From: an uncultured Bacteroidales bacterium
Lineage (GTDB): Bacteria; Bacteroidota; Bacteroidia; Bacteroidales; JAAYJT01
Assembly (NCBI GenBank): GCA_964550455.1
Contig: CAZJZG010000001.1
Span: forward strand, 52,222 to 116,221
Direction: 5' to 3'
Length of the DNA: 64,000 nucleotides
Made by a program: the position numbers and the translations under genes. This document shows positions 41,697-50,946 of this stretch, in pieces. How positions within the stretch are numbered: the stretch's first letter is position 1; each line of letters starts with the position of its first letter. The notes under the pieces were generated by a model. The model saw only the letters and a list, made by a program, of their open reading frames with translations. It was not told where the DNA came from and did no database searches.

Positions 41697-41891
41697 GATT
41701 CAATGTTATGGATTTGAAAAATTAACCGGCAAAATAGCAAGCGAATTTAGAGATAAATATTAAAGCATCAATAAAATATGTCAGCCAATCAATGCCAACA
41801 GATTATTACACCGGCAAAATTATTCATAAATTCAAATCTGTAAAAAAAGTATAACGCAATATCGAAAGCTATGCTCAGAAATTAATTTGTA

Positions 41892-41905
41892 TTGTTTCGA
41901 AACAA
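41892..41905. promoter_or_regulatory. Perfect 14-bp palindrome TTGTTTCGAAACAA in the guaA / rseC-like divergent intergenic region
   Basis: Read directly. The central CG and 7-bp arms are typical of dimeric-regulator operators. Confidence 0.3.
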
Positions 41906-41949
41906 AGCCTTTTAAAATCAGTTTAATAAATAAACGTTATTAAGTTTTC

Positions 41950-41957
41950 TATTTTTG
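41950..41957 (+). promoter_or_regulatory. Candidate -7 box TATTTTTG for the rseC-like gene
   Basis: Matches TAnnTTTG and overlaps the TTG (41955) used by the ORF track, so translation more likely begins at the ATG at 42057. Confidence 0.3.
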
Positions 41958-42056
41958 CATGACGGTATTACGTTTGTAAACTTAGTTTTTCAAATAGCTT
42001 GGACCAATGAAACAGCCCGTAAAACAGTACAATTACACATTTCTCACAAACTGAAA

Positions 42057-42473
42057 ATGAAGTCTGATACTAATATTTGCCATAACGGGATAGTAGTGGA
42101 ATCAAACAATGAAAAAACTTTGGTTAAGATTCTTTCTCAGTCAGCGTGTGCATCATGCTATGCCAAAGGTATGTGTAATCTCAGCGAGGTTGAAGAAAAA
42201 ATAATAGAAGTAAGTAATAAAGGTAATAAGCAATTCAATGCCGGTGAGCAGGTTACTGTAATCATGAAACAGTCTCAGGGCAACAAGGCTTTGCTCTTAA
42301 GTTATCTGATCCCTTTTTTGGTAGTGTTACTTACTCTGTTTGTTGCAGGCTCTCTTTCTGATAGTGAAGCTGCTATGGGTTTATCCGCATTAATTGTATT
42401 AGCTGTTTATTACCTTATTTTATACTCTTTCAGAAACCAAATAAAACAGTCTTTCGATTTTGAAATTGAGTAG
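42057..42473 (+). CDS. RseC/MucC-family (SoxR-reducing-system) membrane protein
   Basis: From Met35 of the track ORF: GIVVESNNEKTLVKILSQSACASCYAKGMC, then two TM helices. This is the RseC family layout. Confidence 0.6.
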   Translation: MKSDTNICHNGIVVESNNEKTLVKILSQSACASCYAKGMCNLSEVEEKIIEVSNKGNKQFNAGEQVTVIMKQSQGNKALLLSYLIPFLVVLLTLFVAGSLSDSEAAMGLSALIVLAVYYLILYSFRNQIKQSFDFEIE

Positions 42474-42639
42474 GTTCTGATTTTGCAGAAGTAATTCTTC
42501 AAAAACAATTATAGCAACAATTAAAATTACTCTTACGTGGACTTAACCCGAAGTTACCCATTAATATTGATGGAAATTAATAGTTCTTTTTTTTAACCCA
42601 TCTTAGCAATCAGCTAATATTCAAACACTTATTAAATAC

Positions 42640-44172
42640 TTAACGGTTATAATAATCAGATTTCACAAATTCTTTTTCCAGGTCTGATATTATTTGCGTT
42701 GGGTTTGTAAGCGGCATACCGTTATTGTACAAGCCATAATCCAGAAGATTAGCCTTTTTCAATCTTGCAAAATTCGGCAGCTTTGTTCTGTTGGTGGTTT
42801 CAATATGATTTCCGTTTTTATCAACAATTATGATCTTTGGAAGGAAGACTCCTTTTCTGCCAATAAACTTATCCATGATTATCTGAGCTTCTTCAAACTC
42901 CTCTCTGGTTGATCTTCCCAATGACTCGTATTTATAAATTGTTTTACCATCCCATGTTGATACCATTGCATAACTTTCAGAAATTCTTTCATCAATATTA
43001 CTTCTATTATTTAAAGTATCATGCCCTGATGGCATTAACAGCACTTTTCCGCCCCCTCCTTCAATGTTTGCTGCATATCGCGGCATTGTTATACCCGAGA
43101 TCCAGCCCTGCAAATGTTTAATATATATTTCACCTATCTGAACCGGCACAATGAAATGAACAATACCTTTCTCCTTATGACATTGCAGTAGATAATAAGG
43201 ATGTATTCCAATCCAGAACATTCTGCGAAATGTTTCAGCTAAAGTCTTATAATTATCATTTACATGATTCAGTAAAACAGTCTGATTTCTGACGGTAAAT
43301 CCATGTTTAAGGATTTTCTTTACAGCGTTTGCCAGATCCCGGGTTATTTCCTGATAATGGTTTACATGGGTCATGAAATAAACAAATTTGTCAAGGCCGG
43401 TTGAATATTTATTGGCTGAAACCAGTATTAATTCCAGTAATTCGTCAGTGATACGCATGGGAAGTACAACCGGAACACGTGTTGCAATTCGTATCACGCG
43501 CAAATGTTCTATCTTGCTTAATTCTTCGAGAACATATTTTAATCGTTCCTTACTAATCATTAAAGCATCGCCACCCGTAACCAGTACCTCATTAATATTT
43601 TTATTGAAACCTATGTAAAACAAACCTTTGTCTATTTCATTCCGGTTTACTTCTACAGTTCCGTCAAGAGATTTTGTTCTTTGACAATGAACACAATATG
43701 AAGCACAACTTGTATTTTGAGCTACAAAAAGTGCCACACGGTTTGGATAACGCTGATATGCAGCTCCATAACTTCTTGAGTCTTCACTCATTGAACCTTC
43801 AACACCGGTATCAGGAAATAATAAGTTGGCAGGAGTAGGCACACTCTGCCAGAAAACAGGATCGAGCCGGTTGGCAGCATTTTCTCCATTCAGCATTTTA
43901 GGATGAAACGGATCAATAGGCATTAAAGAAGCGTAGTAAGGTGTAATTCTGAAAGGCTCTTTTCCCTGGCTTTTCAATGTATCAATGGTTCTCTTGATTT
44001 CCTTTTTCTGATGATCGTTTAATCTGATCACCTGTTCCAACTGGTCAATACTGCGGATCGCATTACGTAATTGCCAGTTAGGATCAGCCCACTGATCTTC
44101 TGTAACATTTTCCCATGCTTTAATAGTATTGAATCTTCTTGGTTCATATAATACATTATTATCTTTAATCAT
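42640..44172 (-). CDS. KamA-family radical-SAM aminomutase (lysine 2,3-aminomutase-like, long form)
   Basis: KamA N-terminal pattern (DQWADPNWQLRNAI, RITPYYASLM). Radical-SAM CASYCVHCQR. YPNRVALFV, VLVTGGDAL. 510 aa, about 90 aa longer than the classical enzyme as I recall it. Confidence 0.75.
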   Translation of the reverse strand: MIKDNNVLYEPRRFNTIKAWENVTEDQWADPNWQLRNAIRSIDQLEQVIRLNDHQKKEIKRTIDTLKSQGKEPFRITPYYASLMPIDPFHPKMLNGENAANRLDPVFWQSVPTPANLLFPDTGVEGSMSEDSRSYGAAYQRYPNRVALFVAQNTSCASYCVHCQRTKSLDGTVEVNRNEIDKGLFYIGFNKNINEVLVTGGDALMISKERLKYVLEELSKIEHLRVIRIATRVPVVLPMRITDELLELILVSANKYSTGLDKFVYFMTHVNHYQEITRDLANAVKKILKHGFTVRNQTVLLNHVNDNYKTLAETFRRMFWIGIHPYYLLQCHKEKGIVHFIVPVQIGEIYIKHLQGWISGITMPRYAANIEGGGGKVLLMPSGHDTLNNRSNIDERISESYAMVSTWDGKTIYKYESLGRSTREEFEEAQIIMDKFIGRKGVFLPKIIIVDKNGNHIETTNRTKLPNFARLKKANLLDYGLYNNGMPLTNPTQIISDLEKEFVKSDYYNR

Positions 44173-44375
44173 GACAATTGGTTATTTTTTAAAATTAAAT
44201 ATGCCGGCAACGACCATAGTATTGCAAGAAAGGTTTTCAATAAGCTCCACCTGATACTACACAACCGAGCAAAGCAGAAAAGCTTTAAATCAGACAACTC
44301 AATTAAAAAGATGGCAATAATTAATTAAAGCGTTGCTGCTTAGAGTTTGGAGAGTCTGATCGTAGTAAATCCGGG

Positions 44376-44383
44376 CAAATATA
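44376..44383 (-). promoter_or_regulatory. Candidate -7 box (TATATTTG on the minus strand) giving a roughly 200-nt leader for the kamA-like gene
   Basis: Plus-strand caaatata. The start codon at 44172 lies about 200 nt downstream on the minus strand. Confidence 0.3.
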
Positions 44384-44592
44384 CGAATTTTTATCGAAAG
44401 TTCTTTTTTTGAAAGTAGGGAAAATCGCAACAATTCAATAGAAGGCCTGATAATCAGACAAAAAACATGCCTTGACAAACACCCAAATCTTAACCATATT
44501 AGAAAATTCTAAAAACATTTCCTTAATATTAATCAGGAAACAGAACAGGAAAAACAAACGAATAATAGCGACAGTAATAAGAAACCCTCAGA

Positions 44593-46020
44593 TCATTTAA
44601 CTTTTGCCAGGCATCTGCTTATCATAGAAACTGCCTTGTCAACAGTTTCTTTTTTGGTTCTGAAAACCAAAATCGCAATTCTGATAACAAATTGCCCGTT
44701 TACAACTGAAGAACTCAGATAAACATCTCCATCCGCATGAATCTCCTTCATAAGCTGCTTGTTTTTCTCATTTGAATCTGTTTCAAAAGGATACCAGAAA
44801 TAGCTAACTGAAAGATCAGGTTCAGGACCTAGCTTGAATCCAAGTTCGCTGATTTTGTTCCTGAAATATTTTACCAGCAGGAGTTTTTCTTCAAGACAGG
44901 CTACAAAAGGTTCAACACCATGGATCTGCAAAGGCAACCATACGCGAAGGCCTCTGAAATGTTTGGTAAGTTCAGGAGATACATTTGAAGGACTTTGTAT
45001 CATTTCTTCCATATTGGCATCCTGCATATAATTTGCAAAATAATGATTTGAATGGAGTACAGATGCTTTGTCTTTTACAAGCACTGCCCCTACCCCATAT
45101 GGCAGGAACATTCCTTTATGAGGGTCAACGATTATTGAATCAGCCCTGTCAATACCTTTGAACAAATCTTTTTTTGAGGTCAGAATAAAAAACCCTCCAT
45201 AAGCAGCATCCACATGGAACCAGAGTTTATTGGCTTCAGCTATATCAGCGATCCTGTCCAGAGGATCAACAGCACCGGTATCAGTAGTGCCTGCGGTTCC
45301 AACTACGAGAAAAGGATTTAGCCAGTCAGCAATATCTTTTTCAATATACTGTATAAGCATATCTGCCCGCATTCGGTGGTGTTCATCCATTGGAACATAA
45401 CGAATAATAATATCCTCCAGACCAATTATGCGTAACGCCTTAAGTGCCGAATGATGGATCTGTTCAGTAAGATATACAACGCTTTTGGAGATGAGTTCGT
45501 TTTTTATTCTGTGCTTGTCTCTGGCTGCTGTAAAAGCAATCAGCATTGAAATAGAACCGCCCGAGGTGAGATTGCCAACAGAGGTTTCAGGAAAAGAAAA
45601 TACCGATTTCAGCCAGTTGATAACCTGATTTTCAATTTCAGCAGCTCCCGGAGAAGCATAATATACACTTGCATAAGGATTTGTAGTGGCTGCAATAAAA
45701 TCAGCGAGTGCTGAAACAAACAATCCTCCGGCAGGAATATAACCCAAATGTTTTCCAGAAGCAGCATTGATACCGGTTTCTACAACTTCCCGCCTGTACA
45801 GCTCCAATAGTTCGGGCAATGTCCTTTTTTCATTGCTTATTTCAAGAAAATGTGCTCTCCTCTCATGAAAAACTTTTTTTTCATCTAATCCTGAAATAAA
45901 ACCATTGATAAATTCAGTGGCATTTTCTATTAATTCCACTCTTTCGGCTTCGGGAACTTCTAATTTACTGCTGATCTGATTTAATTGTCTGAGTTTTGAA
46001 ATAAGTTCTTCCTGGTTCAT
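44593..46020 (-). CDS. Group II pyridoxal-phosphate-dependent amino-acid decarboxylase
   Basis: PLP-lysine context SIIVDPHKGMFLPYGVGAVLV. GGSISMLIAF. HVDAAYGG. 475 aa. Confidence 0.8.
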   Translation of the reverse strand: MNQEELISKLRQLNQISSKLEVPEAERVELIENATEFINGFISGLDEKKVFHERRAHFLEISNEKRTLPELLELYRREVVETGINAASGKHLGYIPAGGLFVSALADFIAATTNPYASVYYASPGAAEIENQVINWLKSVFSFPETSVGNLTSGGSISMLIAFTAARDKHRIKNELISKSVVYLTEQIHHSALKALRIIGLEDIIIRYVPMDEHHRMRADMLIQYIEKDIADWLNPFLVVGTAGTTDTGAVDPLDRIADIAEANKLWFHVDAAYGGFFILTSKKDLFKGIDRADSIIVDPHKGMFLPYGVGAVLVKDKASVLHSNHYFANYMQDANMEEMIQSPSNVSPELTKHFRGLRVWLPLQIHGVEPFVACLEEKLLLVKYFRNKISELGFKLGPEPDLSVSYFWYPFETDSNEKNKQLMKEIHADGDVYLSSSVVNGQFVIRIAILVFRTKKETVDKAVSMISRCLAKVK

Positions 46021-46084
46021 AAAAGTCTTTTTTAAATCAAATATGGTTCAGTAGTTAATCTTCCTTATGACAAATGATTGATTT

Positions 46085-46522
46085 TCAATCCAGTGGTGAT
46101 CTTGTGGTAATTGATATTCTGTTCCAGCCATTAATAGTAACCACGGTCATAATAACAGCGGCCAGTTCTTTTTCAGTAAGATGAGCTGCGGCTTCATCAT
46201 AAACTTCATCAGGTACATGCCCATTGGTGATCATAGTCAAAGCCTCGGTGAGAGCCAAAACCGCTCTTTCTTTTTCGGTATAAATTTTGGTTTCGCGCCA
46301 GGCATCCAATAGAAACAAACGCTGGGCTGTTTCGCCAAGTTTCATGGCATCTCTTACGTGCATATTGATACAATAAGCACAGCCGTTAATCTGAGATGCC
46401 CTTGTTTTTATCAATTCATAAAGTTTCTTGTCTAAACCGCTTTGAGCCAGATATTTTTCAAGCCCTATCATAGCTTCCATAGCCTCTGGGGCTACTTCCG
46501 ATAAATTCATTCTGCTTTTCAT
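46085..46522 (-). CDS. Carboxymuconolactone decarboxylase / AhpD-like family protein
   Basis: AhpD-core CxxC motif (INGCAYCINMH). 145 aa. Confidence 0.8.
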   Translation of the reverse strand: MKSRMNLSEVAPEAMEAMIGLEKYLAQSGLDKKLYELIKTRASQINGCAYCINMHVRDAMKLGETAQRLFLLDAWRETKIYTEKERAVLALTEALTMITNGHVPDEVYDEAAAHLTEKELAAVIMTVVTINGWNRISITTRSPLD

Positions 46523-46787
46523 TGTATTGATTTTTATTTTTATTAATAAGAAGAAAAAAAACTAAAATTTCATTGTCTTCTCCCGTGGCTCAATACAATT
46601 AAACAAACTAAATACCAATATGTTTGAGCATAAGTATTATGATTGATCTCTGCTTAATGCATCTATTTTGGACTAACCTGTCCCCAATTCCGGATCATAC
46701 AGACCCCCATTCCGGAATGCTGCATCCATATTATAGGATAAAAGGACAGTCATTCCAACAATACTGCCCCCCCCTTAATCCGGCAGA

Positions 46788-47261
46788 TTAGTTTTTCAAA
46801 GCGTAGCTACGCCAGTCAAAATAAATAACGAGATGGCGTAAAACCTGATAATCTGGATCATCTTCAAGGCTTTCTCTTAGAATTATCTCACAAAGCGATT
46901 CAAGGGTAGTACTGCAGTAGTTGTGACTAAGCGGAAATAATATTTTCTCACTAAAACCGAAATAAAAATTGAATTTGCTTTGAGGAATAAAATCGCTTCT
47001 GTAGCGTATAAGCCACCCTTGTGTTTGATCATCCGGCAGAAATGAATGAACCTTCCCCTGTGAAATATAAACGACAACGGGTGATTCAAGCACCTCAGAC
47101 TTAAAATCAACCGAATGCATAGGATTACCACGGGTTATTATCCACAATTCTTCATGATCATGACGATGAGACTCGCCTGGGTTTAAGCCCATCGGATCCG
47201 GAAAATCGTTATTCAATGGCGTTATACACAAAGGTTGGATCATTTGTTTATTGCGCTGCAA
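46788..47261 (-). CDS. AraC-type N-terminal (cupin/ligand-binding) fragment lacking the helix-turn-helix domain
   Basis: Cupin-like HRHDHEELWII...GKVHSF and a linker typical of Bacteroidota AraC regulators (ILRESLEDDPDYQVLRHLVIYF). The ORF stops where the HTH should begin, and no HTH-like translation exists in any frame of 46523-46787. Confidence 0.45.
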   Translation of the reverse strand: MQRNKQMIQPLCITPLNNDFPDPMGLNPGESHRHDHEELWIITRGNPMHSVDFKSEVLESPVVVYISQGKVHSFLPDDQTQGWLIRYRSDFIPQSKFNFYFGFSEKILFPLSHNYCSTTLESLCEIILRESLEDDPDYQVLRHLVIYFDWRSYALKN

Positions 47262-47324
47262 TTTAAAGGTTTGTAATTATAATCAGGAAGTAAAATAATA
47301 AAGGATCAGAAAAGGCAACTCAAA

Positions 47325-48197
47325 TCAATCTTCAAGATATCCGAATTTTCCATTATTAAAGTCCTCAAAAGCTTCAATTAATTCTTGTCTGGTGTTCATT
47401 ACAAAAGGTCCGTGGGCAGCAATTGGTTCATTTATGGGTTCGCCGCTTAGAACCAGTACAACAGAATCTTCCAGAGCCTTAACATTGAACTGCTCTCCGT
47501 TGTTGGCCATTAATACGAAATTATCAGCCGGGGCAGTTTCAGTATCGTTAATCATTATTTTTCCTTCAATGACCAATAATGCTGTATTGTAGTTTGCCGG
47601 AAAGTCAAACTCAGTTCCTGAATTCTTTTTAAGTCTGGCATTAAATAAATGTATTGGCGAAAAAGTACGGGCATTTCCTTTCATTCCTTTATAATCTCCG
47701 GCAATAATCTCAATTTCACTGCCGTCAAATTTATAACGGCTCATTGCTGAGTTTTCAATAGGCTGGTACGTAGGTGCACTCATTTTATATTTTGCAGGCA
47801 GGTTGACCCATAGCTGCACCATCTGAAAATCACCACCTTTTTTACTCCATTCTTTTTCATGAAATTCTTTGTGCAGAATTCCGCTTGCAGCAGTCATCCA
47901 CTGAACATCACCTTCGCCTATTATGCCACCACCCCCACTGCTATCGTGATGTTCAACTTTTCCCTTATAGGCTATTGTAACAGTTTCGAACCCACGGTGA
48001 GGGTGAACACCCACTCCTTTTGGTATGTCGCTGGCAGGAAAATTATAGGTAGGATTATAATCCATTAGAATAAAAGGACTCATTCGCTCCATATTAATTC
48101 TGTGAGAATCCGGTATAAAGGTATGAACCCTGAATCCATCACCTACCCAATGGAAACTTCCCGGCGCAACAACTAATTCTACTGTTCTGGTTTTCAT
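47325..48197 (-). CDS. Pirin-family protein
   Basis: HPHRGFETVTIAYKGKVEHHDSSG metal-binding motif and a bicupin length of 290 aa. Confidence 0.88.
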   Translation of the reverse strand: MKTRTVELVVAPGSFHWVGDGFRVHTFIPDSHRINMERMSPFILMDYNPTYNFPASDIPKGVGVHPHRGFETVTIAYKGKVEHHDSSGGGGIIGEGDVQWMTAASGILHKEFHEKEWSKKGGDFQMVQLWVNLPAKYKMSAPTYQPIENSAMSRYKFDGSEIEIIAGDYKGMKGNARTFSPIHLFNARLKKNSGTEFDFPANYNTALLVIEGKIMINDTETAPADNFVLMANNGEQFNVKALEDSVVLVLSGEPINEPIAAHGPFVMNTRQELIEAFEDFNNGKFGYLED

Positions 48198-48624
48198 AGA
48201 ATATATTTTCTACTATAACAGAATAATGAAATAAAAGTTTTGTGTCCGGAATTTGAGAGGATGCTAGTAATCTGCTATTAGCACGCTATTGTAAAATTAA
48301 CAAAACTTCAGTACTACTTATAACATTCTCATAATAAAGCATTTACAAACCCAAATATTGATTAAAGAAACACCCATCTCTTTGTAATAATTGTTTTTTA
48401 CACTCAATCTGACTTTCAAATAAGGCTGTTAATTACCGGTTAAAACATAATAGTATAATTTAGATTGTTTCTAATCTAATTTTGAAACCTACTGTTAATC
48501 AACAACTTCACATCATTTAAGTTAGTTGCAATTTTATTTATGACTTCCCATACACTTGTCTATCAGCAACTTACGTAATCATTTAGACTATGTATAAATA
48601 AACAAATAATATATTTATTGTTTC

Positions 48625-48632
48625 TACTTTTG
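48625..48632 (+). promoter_or_regulatory. Candidate -7 box TACTTTTG upstream of rnfB
   Basis: Matches TAnnTTTG, 89 nt upstream of the rnfB start. Confidence 0.3.
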
Positions 48633-48720
48633 TGGCATGTTTTCATTAAGTTACTTGATAAACTATTGAAATTAAATCACTTATTATTTTGAATCACTAT
48701 TCATACAGAAAGGAGCACCC

Positions 48721-49590
48721 GTGGTTGCTAATGTTATGTTGGTGTCAATTATTTCGCTGAGTAGTATTGGGGCTGCCTCGGCGATCATACTTTATTTTAT
48801 TGCACAGAAATTCAAAGTCATTGAAGATCCCCGTATTGATGAGGTTAATGAAATGCTGCCAGGAGCTAACTGTGGTGGCTGTGGTTTTGCAGGATGCCGC
48901 AATTTTGCTGAGGCAATTGTTAAGGCTACTGACTTGTCGGATCTAAATTGTCCGGTAGGCGGAAATGCTGTTATGACTGATATAGCCAATATGCTTGGCA
49001 AGGCTGCAGGAACAAAAGAGCCTCAGGTTGCAGTAGTAAGGTGTAATGGCACATGTGAAAATGCACCAAAAAAAGTACAATATGAAGGTGCTGCTTCATG
49101 TGCCTTTGCCCATGCGCTTTCATCGGGCGACAGTGGTTGTCCTGATGGCTGCCTTGGCCTGGGCGATTGTGTTGCATCATGTAAATTCGATGCAATGTAT
49201 ATGGATCCGGTAACCTGCCTGCCCGTTATCATAGAGGAAAACTGTGTGGCATGCGGAGCCTGTGTTAAAGCCTGCCCTCGTAATATCATTGAACTAAGAA
49301 ATGTGGGTAAGAAAAGCCGGCGGATATATGTAAGCTGCATGAACACCGAAAAAGGCGGAGTAGCAAGAAAAAATTGTTCAGTGGCTTGTATTGGTTGCTT
49401 TAAATGTGAGAAAGAATGTGCTTTCGATGCTATCACAATTAAAAACAACCTTGCCTATATTGATTACGAAAAATGTAAGTTATGCCGTAAATGTGCTCCG
49501 GTATGCCCTACCAACGCCATTCATGAAATAAACTTCCCTCCCCGAAAGGAAAAAACTGAAAAAACCACTGAAATCACTGAAGCTGTATAA
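48721..49590 (+). CDS. rnfB: Rnf electron-transport complex subunit B
   Basis: N-terminal TM helix, FeS domain LPGANCGGCGFAGCRNFAEAI...CPVGG, and several CxxCxxCxxxCP ferredoxin motifs. GTG start, with an alternative ATG at 48736. Confidence 0.88.
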   Translation: MVANVMLVSIISLSSIGAASAIILYFIAQKFKVIEDPRIDEVNEMLPGANCGGCGFAGCRNFAEAIVKATDLSDLNCPVGGNAVMTDIANMLGKAAGTKEPQVAVVRCNGTCENAPKKVQYEGAASCAFAHALSSGDSGCPDGCLGLGDCVASCKFDAMYMDPVTCLPVIIEENCVACGACVKACPRNIIELRNVGKKSRRIYVSCMNTEKGGVARKNCSVACIGCFKCEKECAFDAITIKNNLAYIDYEKCKLCRKCAPVCPTNAIHEINFPPRKEKTEKTTEITEAV

Positions 49591-49610
49591 AACAAACTAC
49601 ATAAAACAGA

Positions 49611-50945
49611 ATGAAGACATTCCAAATGGGTGGGGTTCATCCCCCTGAAAATAAAATTTCCGAAAAAGCTGCCATAGAAGTCTTATCTCTGCCACAGAAA
49701 GCTTTTATCCCTCTTGGTCAGAACCTGGGCGCACCGGCAAAAGCTGTTGTTGATAAAGGAGCTTCAGTAAAGGTAGGACAATTGATTGCAAGTGGCGAAG
49801 CTTTTATATCAGCCAATGTGCATAGTTCCGTTTCAGGAAAAGTTGCACGTATTGACGATGTATTGGATCATAGCGGATACAGGAATAAAGCAATCGTAAT
49901 TGATGTTGAAGGCGATGAGTGGGAAGAGAGCATTGATCGTTCTCCTGCTGTAATCCGAGAATGCAATCTTAGTTCTGAAGAAATCATTCAGAAAATTAAG
50001 GAAATGGGTATTGTAGGCCTTGGAGGGGCTACTTTTCCTACTCACATCAAACTTATGGTTCCCACAGGAAAAAAGGCTAAATGCCTGATCATCAACGGCG
50101 TGGAATGTGAACCGTATCTTACTTCTGACCACAGACTGATGCTTGAGAAAGGAGAAGAATTGATAATTGGGGTTACTATTCTTATGAAAGCCCTAAAGGT
50201 TGAAAAAGCATTTATCGGCATCGAAAACAACAAATCTGATGCGATAGAGAATCTTAAACGCATAGCTGCTGATTATAAAGGGATTGAAGTACAAGCTCTT
50301 AAGATAAAATATCCGCAAGGTGGCGAAAAACAACTTATCAAAGCGCTTATAGGACGCGAGGTTCCATCGGGCAAATTACCACTTGAAGTTGGATGTGTGG
50401 TACAGAATGTAGGAACTGCGTTTGCAGTTTATGAAGCGGTTCAAAAAAACAAACCACTGATTGAGCGCGTAGTAACCCTTACAGGGAAATCAGTAAAAAA
50501 ACCTGCAAACTATCTTGTAAGAATAGGCACACCGGTTAATAATCTTATTGAAACTTCAGGAGGGCTGCCCGAAAAAACCGGCAAGATTATCAGTGGTGGT
50601 CCAATGATGGGTAAAGCGGTTGTTTCAACTGAAGTGCCAGTAGTAAAAGGAACCAGTGGTATCCTTATTATGAACGAAAAAGAATCGCACCGTCCTTTAA
50701 TGTCAAACTGCATACGCTGCGCGCGATGTATTGGTGTATGCCCTATGGGACTTGAACCGGTATTACTGGCACAGCTCAGTGCTAACGAAAGATGGGAAGA
50801 TGCTGAAAGAGAAAGGATCCTCGATTGCATTGAGTGTGGTTCATGCCATTTTACCTGTCCATCTGGACGTCCGTTACTGGATTACCTTAGGGTTGGGAAA
50901 AACAAAGTTGGTCAGTTAATCAGAACAAGAGCAAAAAAAATATAG
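49611..50945 (+). CDS. rnfC: Rnf complex subunit C
   Basis: GLGGATFPTH, INGVECEPYLTSD, two ferredoxin motifs CIRCARCIGVCP and CIECGSCHFTCP. Confidence 0.92.
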   Translation: MKTFQMGGVHPPENKISEKAAIEVLSLPQKAFIPLGQNLGAPAKAVVDKGASVKVGQLIASGEAFISANVHSSVSGKVARIDDVLDHSGYRNKAIVIDVEGDEWEESIDRSPAVIRECNLSSEEIIQKIKEMGIVGLGGATFPTHIKLMVPTGKKAKCLIINGVECEPYLTSDHRLMLEKGEELIIGVTILMKALKVEKAFIGIENNKSDAIENLKRIAADYKGIEVQALKIKYPQGGEKQLIKALIGREVPSGKLPLEVGCVVQNVGTAFAVYEAVQKNKPLIERVVTLTGKSVKKPANYLVRIGTPVNNLIETSGGLPEKTGKIISGGPMMGKAVVSTEVPVVKGTSGILIMNEKESHRPLMSNCIRCARCIGVCPMGLEPVLLAQLSANERWEDAERERILDCIECGSCHFTCPSGRPLLDYLRVGKNKVGQLIRTRAKKI

Positions 50946-50946
50946 A

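Noticed and set aside
44173-44383. Lysine (L-box), SAM or cobalamin riboswitch in the ~200-nt leader of the kamA-like gene.
   Set aside because: I could not find the conserved core sequences I recall for these riboswitch classes. I found only generic stem potential. The leader is kept as part of a finding but not called as a feature.
48198-48720. Rex operator (TTGTGAA-N4-TTCACAA) upstream of rnfB. Also inspected upstream of the sensor kinase, rex and hydG.
   Set aside because: The nearest resemblance is TGTTAAtcaacaacTTCACA at about 48494, and its half-site spacing is wrong. A 6-bp dyad, TAGATT-N6-AATCTA (48461-48478), is too short to be meaningful. No convincing Rex box was seen by eye.
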